Source: a virus. Taken from it: a DNA stretch of 64,000 nt. Position 1 is the stretch's first letter, and every line of letters begins with the position of its first letter. Both the position numbers and the translations under genes were made by a program. Location: positions 32,001 to 96,000 of IMG/VR virus record IMGVR_UViG_3300012953_000017; one strand, given 5' to 3'. The notes under the pieces were generated by a model. The model worked only from the letters and a program-made list of their open reading frames with translations, had not been told where the DNA came from and searched no databases. Shown here in pieces: positions 9,407-17,943 of this stretch.

Positions 9407-9715
9407 CTAATTTAGATAGCCCTTGTCATCGTCGTCTTTTTTAAATGAAAATATGTCATCTTCCATGGAAGATTGCTTTGTAGCAGTCTTAAGTGCAGTA
9501 TAAATAGCACTCACATCATTTCCTATTTGATACTGAGCTGCTGTCACTATACAAACTGTATCATGGAGCTGATTAACAACTGCCTCTAAGTCCTTCACTT
9601 TGTCTTTTAGAGTAGTCACTTCTTCTCTAAGCGCCTTCTTTTCTGCGTCGTCTTTTTTAAATAAACTTATCATTTTCTTGGTCACCCTTAATATTAAACT
9701 AATCAATAGTTCCAT
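9407..9715 (-). CDS. Coiled-coil hypothetical protein
   Basis: 102 aa with heptad pattern. Confidence 0.55.
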   Translation of the reverse strand: MELLISLILRVTKKMISLFKKDDAEKKALREEVTTLKDKVKDLEAVVNQLHDTVCIVTAAQYQIGNDVSAIYTALKTATKQSSMEDDIFSFKKDDDDKGYLN

Positions 9716-10007
9716 CTTTGTCGCTTAAAGTAAACGGATTGTCGTCTTCAATTGCACGAAATATTGATTCTGCGTCAGAAGAACGAAGTTTTCTTATCTG
9801 TTTGTTCTTTTTATCTTCTTCAATTCTATCTAAAATACCACAAAGATAGGGGTCTTTTTCAATTATTAAAACAGCAAGATTTTCAAAAACTTCTTGCATA
9901 GAAAGGTGCCTCTGAAATAGCTCTGTCCTAAATTCAGAGTGTGTTCCTCGAGTCAAATTTATATGGACTGACTTTTTTGTTTGAAAATCTGAGTAGCTTT
10001 TGGACAT
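9699..10007 (-). CDS. Putative ribbon-helix-helix DNA-binding protein
   Basis: KKSVHINL beta-strand followed by two helices (THSEFRTEL..., SMQEVFENLA); ATG at 10007 avoids overlap with the upstream gene. Confidence 0.45.
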   Translation of the reverse strand: MSKSYSDFQTKKSVHINLTRGTHSEFRTELFQRHLSMQEVFENLAVLIIEKDPYLCGILDRIEEDKKNKQIRKLRSSDAESIFRAIEDDNPFTLSDKDGTID

Positions 10008-10035
10008 TCTGTTCCTGTATCGACAGTAATAGTAT

Positions 10036-10755
10036 TTAAGCAGCCGGGGGCTGAGCACCGACAGCACGAGGTGGCCATGGGGTTTCCGGCTTACCTTCAT
10101 CTCCAAACGGCTCAGGGTGTTCTGGGCCTTTAAAGTCAATGCCGTGTTCGTTTGACATTATTTCTTCAAAGTCTTGCACATCGACATCTGTGTATTTAGA
10201 CATCAAGAAAACTTTCGCCTTATTGTAGATTAGCTGCTCCATGTCCAAAAGATCTGTATAATTGTTTATCAGTCTGGCAGTGTCGTTAGCAAACTGATGT
10301 ACGTCAATTTTAGGTGATTCACCTTCGCCTTCAAAAAGGTACCTTTTTAGTCTGTCGCCATAAGACTCCTGCGCCAAAGCTGAGTTTGCTTCGTCTTCAA
10401 CAGCAACACTGTGCAGTGCATTAGCCTCGAAGTCCATAAAAAGAGAATTTATTTCATCATCAACGGCTTTTGATAATTCGGTGCGCTCGGCAGGAGGCAA
10501 TTCTGATAAGTCTGGTTCAGGTATCGCTTTTGCCTCTTCTTCTTCTTCTTCAGGGGCGTCGCCTCCCTCCTCCGCGTCATCACCCTCTTCGGCTTCGGTG
10601 TCTTCAGCAGCTTCAGTGTCTTCACCCCCTTCATCAGCTGCCTCTTCTTCCTCATCGCCGCCGAATATGTCAGCCCCTTCGTCTTCGCCCTCCAGAAAAA
10701 GATTTATTTCTTCTAAAATAAGTCTGTTTAATTTTTCTCTTGTTAGCTTATTCAT
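10036..10755 (-). CDS. Acidic hypothetical protein, probable head/scaffold-type
   Basis: MNKLTREKLNRLILEEINLFLE tag, long E/D/A/G linker, internal RYLFE. Confidence 0.6.
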   Translation of the reverse strand: MNKLTREKLNRLILEEINLFLEGEDEGADIFGGDEEEEAADEGGEDTEAAEDTEAEEGDDAEEGGDAPEEEEEEAKAIPEPDLSELPPAERTELSKAVDDEINSLFMDFEANALHSVAVEDEANSALAQESYGDRLKRYLFEGEGESPKIDVHQFANDTARLINNYTDLLDMEQLIYNKAKVFLMSKYTDVDVQDFEEIMSNEHGIDFKGPEHPEPFGDEGKPETPWPPRAVGAQPPAA

Positions 10756-10758
10756 TGT

Positions 10759-11454
10759 CTAGTCTCTCTTCATGACTTTAGCGATCTTCTCAGTCTTCTT
10801 AATTCTTTCTTCAACTCTATCCCAGTTTATTTCTTTCATCATGGCAACAATGTAAGTCTTTCGATCTTCTAGGTAGTCTCTATAGTAAGCGCCCTCAGAC
10901 ACGTCTAGAACAATTATAGGAAAAGTCCCAATTGGAACATTAAGTGATTCAATGTCAACGACAAAATTCATATATCTACCTAACATGACATTATATGCAG
11001 TAACTGCATATCCACTTCTAGAGCTCATTCCACAAGCAATAAAGTCTTTTTGCCAATCATCAAAAGTTCCAAAGTCTCTCTCTAGGCGAAGAAAAGACAT
11101 CGTATCCATTGTAATTTGACTCTTTAAATCGCTAATATTTTCAAAATGGTATGCTCTGAAGAAGGCTGCATTTAAGAGGTGTGTTTCGTCAACTTTTAGC
11201 TGACGAAACTCTGACGAATATTTGTCAGCATCGTCTCTAGACGCTGTGTCAAGCTTTGCACTTATCTCATTTAAACCACTTACATGTTTCTCTAAATCTT
11301 CTTGACGTGCGCTTTTGTTTTTCGGGCTTAAAAACTCTGTATTTAGCTTGTACTTCTTTGCTTGTGTCACATATGACTCATTTACGGCTTTGTCAGGTAA
11401 GCCTAAAGATTCTCGAATGCTTTGAATTATATCATTTTCTTTGACTGTAGACAT
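10759..11454 (-). CDS. Fe/Mn superoxide dismutase-fold protein with degenerate metal ligands
   Basis: LERDFGTFDDW, PIIVLDVSEGAYY (canonical DxWEHAYY), INWDRVEER; N-terminal extension IIQSIRES...VNES. Confidence 0.7.
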   Translation of the reverse strand: MSTVKENDIIQSIRESLGLPDKAVNESYVTQAKKYKLNTEFLSPKNKSARQEDLEKHVSGLNEISAKLDTASRDDADKYSSEFRQLKVDETHLLNAAFFRAYHFENISDLKSQITMDTMSFLRLERDFGTFDDWQKDFIACGMSSRSGYAVTAYNVMLGRYMNFVVDIESLNVPIGTFPIIVLDVSEGAYYRDYLEDRKTYIVAMMKEINWDRVEERIKKTEKIAKVMKRD

Positions 11455-11879
11455 TATTTTACCTCATATTCTTTTTCAAATTCTTCTTGATCAATTACAA
11501 AAACGTCTTCGTCTTCATCTTCTGGAATTGTCTGCAATGGATCTGTAGGAGATGCTGGTGGTGGGTCTATCTCTTGGAGTACATTCTTCTTGCCACCAGA
11601 TATTACTTCTTCATCGCCTTTTTTGTCATCCGTCTTAAATCTCGGTTGATCCGGAGCTTTTAGTTTTACTATTACATCACCTGATTGGTCTTTTAACACA
11701 TCGTCAACTGTATATTCATATTGTGTATCCTTGTGCCGAACTTTTAAGCCCTTTCTAATTAACATATTGCCTCGATCGTCGAACATATCAGTTTCACTCA
11801 TAACTTCAAGTAAGCGTGACTTATATTCTTTTCGCATCATCTCTATAAGCATATTTTCTGTAAGTTTTTTAGTCATCAA
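11454..11879 (-). CDS. Hypothetical protein with N-terminal tag
   Basis: MTKKLTENMLIEMMRKEYKSRLLE, then a small beta domain. Confidence 0.6.
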   Translation of the reverse strand: MMTKKLTENMLIEMMRKEYKSRLLEVMSETDMFDDRGNMLIRKGLKVRHKDTQYEYTVDDVLKDQSGDVIVKLKAPDQPRFKTDDKKGDEEVISGGKKNVLQEIDPPPASPTDPLQTIPEDEDEDVFVIDQEEFEKEYEVK

Positions 11880-13449
11880 TGTTTTCCTCTAGTCCCGCTA
11901 TTCTCATCCACCGAGACTGAACTAACTCATCTTCTGTGTACTCGTATGATTCGTCAAAAGTTTCCGATTGGTCTGTGCTAGAACCTAATAAGTCATTTGC
12001 AGCAGGTAAAAATGCTTCTGTTAGCAGAGGCTGTCTGCTAAACTTCTTATTCAAAAACCGATAGACGGACTTTTTTACCATAGATTTAGTTAGTGTAACT
12101 CCAGCCTCATTAGTTTTTTTGAGTAGTTCTGCAGCTAGCTGAGGTATTAGGTCTTCTAGTGAATCAAAGTTCTTTTTTGCAAACCTTCTTGACTTTAACA
12201 AAGTTTCTTCATTTTCTCCTCTCCACTGTGATACTGCGTCACCCACTGAGCTAGACAAGGTATCAGATGCAGAGTCGACCGCAGTCTTTATACTTGTTTT
12301 GAGGCTTCCAATTCTATCATTTGAATCCATGGACTTTTTGCTGGAGTCAGAAAGACTATCATACCATCCGTCGATTGCTGACATTATCGCATCAGCAGGT
12401 GAGCCACCTTCCCCGGCAGCGGCTTGAACAGCACCTTCAAGTCCTGACTGAGCTGCATCGGCTTCTTCGGCGCCTTCTTCTTCACTAGCAGGGGAGGGTT
12501 CGCCGGCTTCTGTTTCTCCGCCGCCGCCGCCTTCTCCTGCTTGGGCTGCTGAGGCGCCTGCTTGCACAGCGGCCGAGTCGCCGGCGCTATCGGTGACAGC
12601 ACCCGTCATATCTTGTTCAAGACCTTCGACAGCCTTTGTGACAGCTCCTAGCTCTTCTAGAGTGCATTTCACAATCTCGTCGGCAAAAGTTGCTGGATCT
12701 ATGCCTTCAACGGCGCCGCCGCCGCCAAATAGGCCTTTAAAGAAAGCACCTACTTTGGACATGAAGTCGCCTGCTTCAGCTTTGGCAGAATCCATGCCTC
12801 CCTGAAAAGCTGTTTGGTACCACTTGGGTACTGTGACTGCTTTTGACGCTCCGCTCTTAAGTTTTGCTACTTCAGGAAATTTAATTTCTTTGCCGTCTGA
12901 TGACTTAAGATTGCCCTTTTTAGCTTCTTCTCCTAACTCTTCTAAAGTCTTTCCTGATTTCATTTCTTCAGGAACATCGGCGACTGCATCTTGAAGATTT
13001 GATGAAAATACCTTAATAGCCTCTATAATTGAAGCCGCTGCTGAGCCGGCATTTGAGATACCTTTGTTAATTTCTTCAGTAGCAGCTGCGAGAGCTTTAG
13101 GATCCGGATCAACTACCATGCCTGCTAAAGTGCCTGGGTCTGGAATTTCTCCACCTAAAGCTTGAACAGCTGATTTTGTTCCGTTCATTTTTCCGCCGGC
13201 GGCATCCAGCGCGCTTGATAAGTCAGAAATAACACTTTTAAGCTTTTCTACAGAAGCTTTTAGCTCATCAACATCGCTGTCTGAAAGAGATGCCTCTTCC
13301 TGCTCGTTTAGCAAGAAAGAAGACATACTCATGTCTGTAAGGCTTTTTTCCATTAGTCCGTGTGATCTATACTCAGATCTGAGAACCTTTGCGTGGACTT
13401 CAGTCATAATTTTTGCCATGACCGCAATGGAATTATTTGTTTTGTTCAT
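11869..13449 (-). CDS. Ala/Gly-rich helical protein, probable internal virion/ejection protein
   Basis: 526 aa; FLLNE near the N-terminus, PLLTE and SRWMRIAGL at the C-terminus. Confidence 0.55.
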   Translation of the reverse strand: MNKTNNSIAVMAKIMTEVHAKVLRSEYRSHGLMEKSLTDMSMSSFLLNEQEEASLSDSDVDELKASVEKLKSVISDLSSALDAAGGKMNGTKSAVQALGGEIPDPGTLAGMVVDPDPKALAAATEEINKGISNAGSAAASIIEAIKVFSSNLQDAVADVPEEMKSGKTLEELGEEAKKGNLKSSDGKEIKFPEVAKLKSGASKAVTVPKWYQTAFQGGMDSAKAEAGDFMSKVGAFFKGLFGGGGAVEGIDPATFADEIVKCTLEELGAVTKAVEGLEQDMTGAVTDSAGDSAAVQAGASAAQAGEGGGGGETEAGEPSPASEEEGAEEADAAQSGLEGAVQAAAGEGGSPADAIMSAIDGWYDSLSDSSKKSMDSNDRIGSLKTSIKTAVDSASDTLSSSVGDAVSQWRGENEETLLKSRRFAKKNFDSLEDLIPQLAAELLKKTNEAGVTLTKSMVKKSVYRFLNKKFSRQPLLTEAFLPAANDLLGSSTDQSETFDESYEYTEDELVQSRWMRIAGLEENIDD

Positions 13450-13496
13450 TAATCACACTCCAAGAGACTTTCAGGCTTACAGGTATACATATCTCG

Positions 13497-13919
13497 CTAC
13501 GACGTAAATTGGCAAACCTCTATACCACTCTCTTGAAGTATATCTAAGCCTGATGTGTCTCGATATTCGTCATAATACACGACTTTGCTTATTCCTGCAT
13601 TAACAATAGCTTTTGCACACATCTTGCACGGAGACAGTGTTACATAAAGAATCTTCTTTTTTGGGTTGTTGTAGTCAGTCTTAAGCAAAGCATTGATTTC
13701 TGCATGGAGCATCCCAGACTCACCGGGAACTGTGGATTCAACTTCATTAGGTCCGCCGGTGTGATTTCCGTTGTAACCTACTGCTAATACTTGTGTATTA
13801 TCTTCAGTCACAATGACAGCACCTACTTGATGCCTTGGATCATATGATCTTTTAGATATAAGGCATGCCATTTCCATCCACACTTCGTTCCATGTAGGTC
13901 TACTAACAGCTATACTCAT
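13497..13919 (-). CDS. dCMP deaminase
   Basis: RPTW...M, GYNG, HAEINAL and SPCKMC zinc motifs. Confidence 0.9.
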   Translation of the reverse strand: MSIAVSRPTWNEVWMEMACLISKRSYDPRHQVGAVIVTEDNTQVLAVGYNGNHTGGPNEVESTVPGESGMLHAEINALLKTDYNNPKKKILYVTLSPCKMCAKAIVNAGISKVVYYDEYRDTSGLDILQESGIEVCQFTS

Positions 13920-14755
13920 TTGTCAAATATATCCTCTATGTGGGTGGGTGAACAAAGTGTGAACCCGGCTGCCTTTTTGTGGCCGCCGCCGCCGAATTCT
14001 TTAGCAATTTCTGAGACATCAACATTATCATGAAAAGATCTCAGACTTACCTTAGTCTTTAACGATTCATGACAGTAATACCAAATCATCGCAAAGTCGC
14101 AATTAGGAGATAGACTGGATCCAATTTCAGACATCCAATGTGAAGAATTAACAACGAGCACATGCTTTTTCTTGAAACTTCTCGACTTAGCCTTTTGAGA
14201 TACTTTCTTAATGACCGTCTTTGAGTAGGCTAGTATATAAGAGCCGCGTTTAACAGCGTCATCAAAGACAGAGTCGTCTTCAAATTTCTCAAACTCTTCA
14301 AACTTAAACGGCACCATATCAAATGCTGCGCTAAACTCTTTTGAGTAAGGCAATTCCCACTTCCACAAGTCTCTGTCTTCAATGTAGTCTATAAACTTAG
14401 GAGGCTCTTTTCCGGGATGAAAAAAGTCCCACGCCAAACGTGCACCCGAATGGTTCATGTCAAAGTGTGTATTAGAGATGTCATGCAGCTCCACCATCGC
14501 TGATTTATGATGATCTATGATGATCAAGGCCTCAGCATCTTTAATCATTTTTTTAGTTGTTGAGTTGTCAAAGGAAAAGTCTAAAATTGCAACAACCTTT
14601 CCAGTAACGTCCGGCGGTGGAGTGCCATGCGCGCGTGCATAATATTGTGCCTTGTTGCCTAAGCACTTCCACGCCGCATAAGCAGCTCCAAAACCATCAG
14701 TACAGCTTGCGTGATAAATGACAGTGTCAACACTATTCGGATCAATTACATTCAT
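13916..14755 (-). CDS. DHH/DHHA1 phosphoesterase
   Basis: YH..C.DG, LDFS, IDHH, DRDLW, SLRS and GGGGH motifs. Confidence 0.9.
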   Translation of the reverse strand: MNVIDPNSVDTVIYHASCTDGFGAAYAAWKCLGNKAQYYARAHGTPPPDVTGKVVAILDFSFDNSTTKKMIKDAEALIIIDHHKSAMVELHDISNTHFDMNHSGARLAWDFFHPGKEPPKFIDYIEDRDLWKWELPYSKEFSAAFDMVPFKFEEFEKFEDDSVFDDAVKRGSYILAYSKTVIKKVSQKAKSRSFKKKHVLVVNSSHWMSEIGSSLSPNCDFAMIWYYCHESLKTKVSLRSFHDNVDVSEIAKEFGGGGHKKAAGFTLCSPTHIEDIFDK

Positions 14756-14759
14756 AGCA

Positions 14760-15317
14760 TTAGTCTCTCTGGTTCATGTAATTGTGGTGCTCCCAACATC
14801 TAGGTTCATATAGATCTGAGCCTCCCACAGCAATCTCGTCTAGTCCTTCTAGCTTTCTGTGTGTGTAAAAAGCGTCCCTTCCTGTAATAGGGCAGACAGC
14901 AGGGCACACTTCAATCTTGGTTGCCCATGGCATCATATCTCGGACTTCTTCAAAAACAACACCGCTGGCAGATAGCTGAAGCGAAGAAACAACGATCGTT
15001 TTGCCCGATCTAAATAGGCATAACAGAGCTTTCGATACACCTTCTATCATAAAAGCTTCGTCTACAGCAATGACGTCGACGCTATTTTCAGAATTCTGAA
15101 TGTGCTCCAGAACATCCTTACCGCAATTAACTCCAACTGCCTCAAGACTAGCGCCTGAATGTGTTCTGATTTCCACATCCGAATATCTGTCGTCCATTAT
15201 GGGCTTGAAAGCAATAATTTTTTTATTTTGATGCAAATATCTATCGACTACTGCCATCAGGCGTGTTGTCTTTGACCCAAACATTGGCCCAGTAAAAATA
15301 ATAAATTCAGGATCCAT
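14760..15317 (-). CDS. tdk: Thymidine kinase
   Basis: GPMFGSKTT P-loop, VDEA, VGG..LYEPRC. Confidence 0.9.
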   Translation of the reverse strand: MDPEFIIFTGPMFGSKTTRLMAVVDRYLHQNKKIIAFKPIMDDRYSDVEIRTHSGASLEAVGVNCGKDVLEHIQNSENSVDVIAVDEAFMIEGVSKALLCLFRSGKTIVVSSLQLSASGVVFEEVRDMMPWATKIEVCPAVCPITGRDAFYTHRKLEGLDEIAVGGSDLYEPRCWEHHNYMNQRD

Positions 15318-16335
15318 TTATACCTCTCTTGTTAAAATTCCACCAGTGCCAAGTTTGACGCAAACCTTCGTCCAAAGTTGTCTGAGCCTCAAACTTTAAT
15401 GCAAACTTTGCTGCGCCGCACCTGGCAGATGTGTGCATTACATCTCCCGATCGCCACTGTGCGTTCACGACTTCAACATCTACAAATCTTTCTTTAAATT
15501 TGTCTAGCACTTCATTGTTTGAATACGAGATTCCAGATGCTATGTTAAAACACTCGCCTTTAAAGTCAGAAGGGCAATTGGCAGCACATATGTTGGCAGT
15601 TGCTACATCATCAACAAAAATTAAGTCTCTTGTTTGGGTTCCGTCGCCGTCACTTCTTAAGGGGCTTTTAGAGTGCATCTTATTGCACCATGCAGATATT
15701 GCTGTCGAATATGGTGAATCTCCTGTTTGTCTAGGGCCGTACACATTAAAATATCTTAAGCAGACCACGTCTAAATCGTATAGATCAGCGAACATAGATG
15801 CGTACTGTTCACACTGAAGCTTCTGTAGGCCATAAGGCGAATTTGGACTTTTTGGTGCTTGCTCTGAAGTTGGCAAATCTTTTTGATCTCCGTACACAGC
15901 AGAAGAAGAAGAGAATACTATTCTATCTACAAACCCTACTGATGCAGCAAACAGTGCGACAGTCTTAAATAAATTAGTTTCAGTTGTCACTATAGGGTTT
16001 TGCACAGAATACTCTACCCTAGGGTTAGCAGCTAAATGAAATATGATATCATATTTTCCAGACCTGATGCTGTTTAGAATATTATCATGAACAAAGTCAC
16101 CTTGAATTAATAGTGTTCTTTCCTTAGGTCGTGTATTTTCCTTTTGATTCTGATATAAGTGCAGGGTGTCAGCCAAGACTGTTCTTACATCCAAACCTTC
16201 TAAAAATTCAAGATGCCCATTAGACATGTCGTCTATGATGTCTACTTGCCAGCCTTCACAAACTAATCTGTGCACTAAATTGCTTCCAATAAATCCACAC
16301 CCACCTGTCACCAGGGCTTTTTTAAAGCTCATCAT
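15307..16335 (-). CDS. NAD-dependent NDP-sugar epimerase/dehydratase
   Basis: TGGCGFIG, SSSAVYG, YGLQK (YxxxK), LRYFNVYGP, GDG.QTRD. Confidence 0.92.
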   Translation of the reverse strand: MMSFKKALVTGGCGFIGSNLVHRLVCEGWQVDIIDDMSNGHLEFLEGLDVRTVLADTLHLYQNQKENTRPKERTLLIQGDFVHDNILNSIRSGKYDIIFHLAANPRVEYSVQNPIVTTETNLFKTVALFAASVGFVDRIVFSSSSAVYGDQKDLPTSEQAPKSPNSPYGLQKLQCEQYASMFADLYDLDVVCLRYFNVYGPRQTGDSPYSTAISAWCNKMHSKSPLRSDGDGTQTRDLIFVDDVATANICAANCPSDFKGECFNIASGISYSNNEVLDKFKERFVDVEVVNAQWRSGDVMHTSARCGAAKFALKFEAQTTLDEGLRQTWHWWNFNKRGINGS

Positions 16336-16390
16336 ATTCTCCTAAAAATTCAACTAACAATAATATTCAAACGCACATATTAGTTTAAAA

Positions 16391-17299
16391 TTAATCAATG
16401 ATATGGGCAGAGTTCATAGCGCAGTTTAAAATCACTGTATTGTTTAAGTCTAATTCAGATCTTATTGAGGCTGCGATGTGAATTAAAAACTTGAGATCAT
16501 AAGGAAAAGTATTGACAACATCAGAAGACCTACAAACTACGTGTACATTTAGAACATTGTTGCGGAGCATTGTATGAATTAAAGATATGCAAGAATCTTG
16601 AGTGAATACAAACCTTCTTGTTGTCTTTGGATCTTGACTTCTGCCATATTCGTTGTCACCGGAAATCTCTTTTTTTATGTTTTTTAGAACACCGTTTTTT
16701 ATTGTAGCATAGTAATTCTTTTCAGGCGGATGATCCATAATCTTTGGGTCATTAAATAAATCAATCTTGTCAAACTGAAGCGACAAGTTTAATGGTGACA
16801 CTTCTTTTTTACCCGAACACGACACAAAATCAGAGATAATGCCTCCCATGTTTTCAATAGACTGATTTTCTAAATTATAAATTTGATCGACACAGCTTAA
16901 CGCTAGATCGTTTTCTGTTAAGAACCCATCTTCGACAACTATTACATTAGGCAGATGTTTAATTTTTTCTGTCTCTTCTGAAAAAATATCATACAGGCGA
17001 CGAAGTGAAGACAAATTCTGGATTTCGTCCCCTCTAAGATGATATCTGTATCTAATTACTTCCCATTCAGGCAGAAGTACTACTATCCTGTTATTGAGGT
17101 TGCACAAATCCTGCCAAAGACGGCGGCGATGGTCAACCACGTCTCGGCCGTAAAGACGAGAATAGCAAACCATGCTTAAATTAGATCTATCCTGTATGTT
17201 CCATTTGTACCCCGTCATCATATGAATCGAGTTGTACAGTGTCGTTTTTCCAGCCAGATCTGGCCCTTCTATCGTTATTGAGTTCGTTGACAATATCAT
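16391..17299 (-). CDS. Fusion of dNMP (thymidylate-type) kinase and a thymidylate-synthase-like domain with dCMP-type Asp
   Basis: N-terminal IEGPDLAGKTT and DRS; C-terminal TRR, catalytic Cys (DSCIS), RSSDVVNTFPYD, SAHII. Confidence 0.75.
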   Translation of the reverse strand: MILSTNSITIEGPDLAGKTTLYNSIHMMTGYKWNIQDRSNLSMVCYSRLYGRDVVDHRRRLWQDLCNLNNRIVVLLPEWEVIRYRYHLRGDEIQNLSSLRRLYDIFSEETEKIKHLPNVIVVEDGFLTENDLALSCVDQIYNLENQSIENMGGIISDFVSCSGKKEVSPLNLSLQFDKIDLFNDPKIMDHPPEKNYYATIKNGVLKNIKKEISGDNEYGRSQDPKTTRRFVFTQDSCISLIHTMLRNNVLNVHVVCRSSDVVNTFPYDLKFLIHIAASIRSELDLNNTVILNCAMNSAHIID

Positions 17300-17840
17300 A
17301 GTTGATATTATACACAGCTCTTGTGTGCTTTACAACACTTCGTTGTGACTCTTTAAGATCTTTTAGGTAATGCTTTCTCGTACCTAGTATGTGATCCCAC
17401 AGCGGAAATGTTACACACCAATTTGCATCTTGATTTTTCCCCATATGATGATCATAATGCCAAGGCGCATACTTTTTTGCCCAACTAGGATCTAAGTGCG
17501 ACTTTCTATGAATTAGAAAATATGCCAATGCCATGAGAATCATAGCACCCGAATACCAAGGAAAGAGAAAAAATGAAGGAATCTGAGCTACAGAGAGTAG
17601 AACTAGAGAAAGAATTTCTTTTGTTCCTTCATTCCACCCTTTGAACAGCTTAAGATAATCGTCGTCGAAGTATTCATTCTTGCGAGATTTTTTATGATGC
17701 ACTTTCCAGTGTGAAGACCAAAAACTGTTCTTTTTCTTTCCTAAACCATGAAGAACATATTTGTGTATGAGCCACTCATAAAGATTTGCTATGATGATAC
17801 CAAGTGCAATTTGTACTAAGGCACTCAGCACCATCATCAA
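17187..17840 (-). CDS. Fatty acid hydroxylase/sterol desaturase family membrane enzyme
   Basis: His boxes HKYVLH, HWKVHH, HRKSH, HYDHH; TM helices; PLWD..LGT. Confidence 0.85.
   Translation of the reverse strand: MMMVLSALVQIALGIIIANLYEWLIHKYVLHGLGKKKNSFWSSHWKVHHKKSRKNEYFDDDYLKLFKGWNEGTKEILSLVLLSVAQIPSFFLFPWYSGAMILMALAYFLIHRKSHLDPSWAKKYAPWHYDHHMGKNQDANWCVTFPLWDHILGTRKHYLKDLKESQRSVVKHTRAVYNINYDIVNELNNDRRARSGWKNDTVQLDSYDDGVQMEHTG
17307..17335 (-). promoter_or_regulatory. Sigma70-like promoter, probably giving a leaderless transcript
   Basis: TTGTAA-N17-TATAAT ending 7 nt before the ATG at 17299. Confidence 0.65.
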
Positions 17841-17917
17841 CCTCCGATTAGCCCGAAGGAGGTTCTAAACTGTGTCAAAAAGAAGGACATTGAGCGAGGC
17901 CTCCGCACCTCATTCTA

Positions 17918-17927
17918 TAAGTATGCA
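17918..17927 (-). promoter_or_regulatory. Putative late promoter (ATAYTTA motif)
   Basis: Minus strand TGCATACTTA in the intergenic gap. Confidence 0.45.
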
Positions 17928-17943
17928 TTTTTTTACCTCTTGC

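Noticed and set aside
10500-10700. Repetitive TCTTC/GCC-rich DNA
   Set aside because: Simply encodes an acidic low-complexity Glu/Asp/Ala/Gly linker; not a DNA-level repeat element
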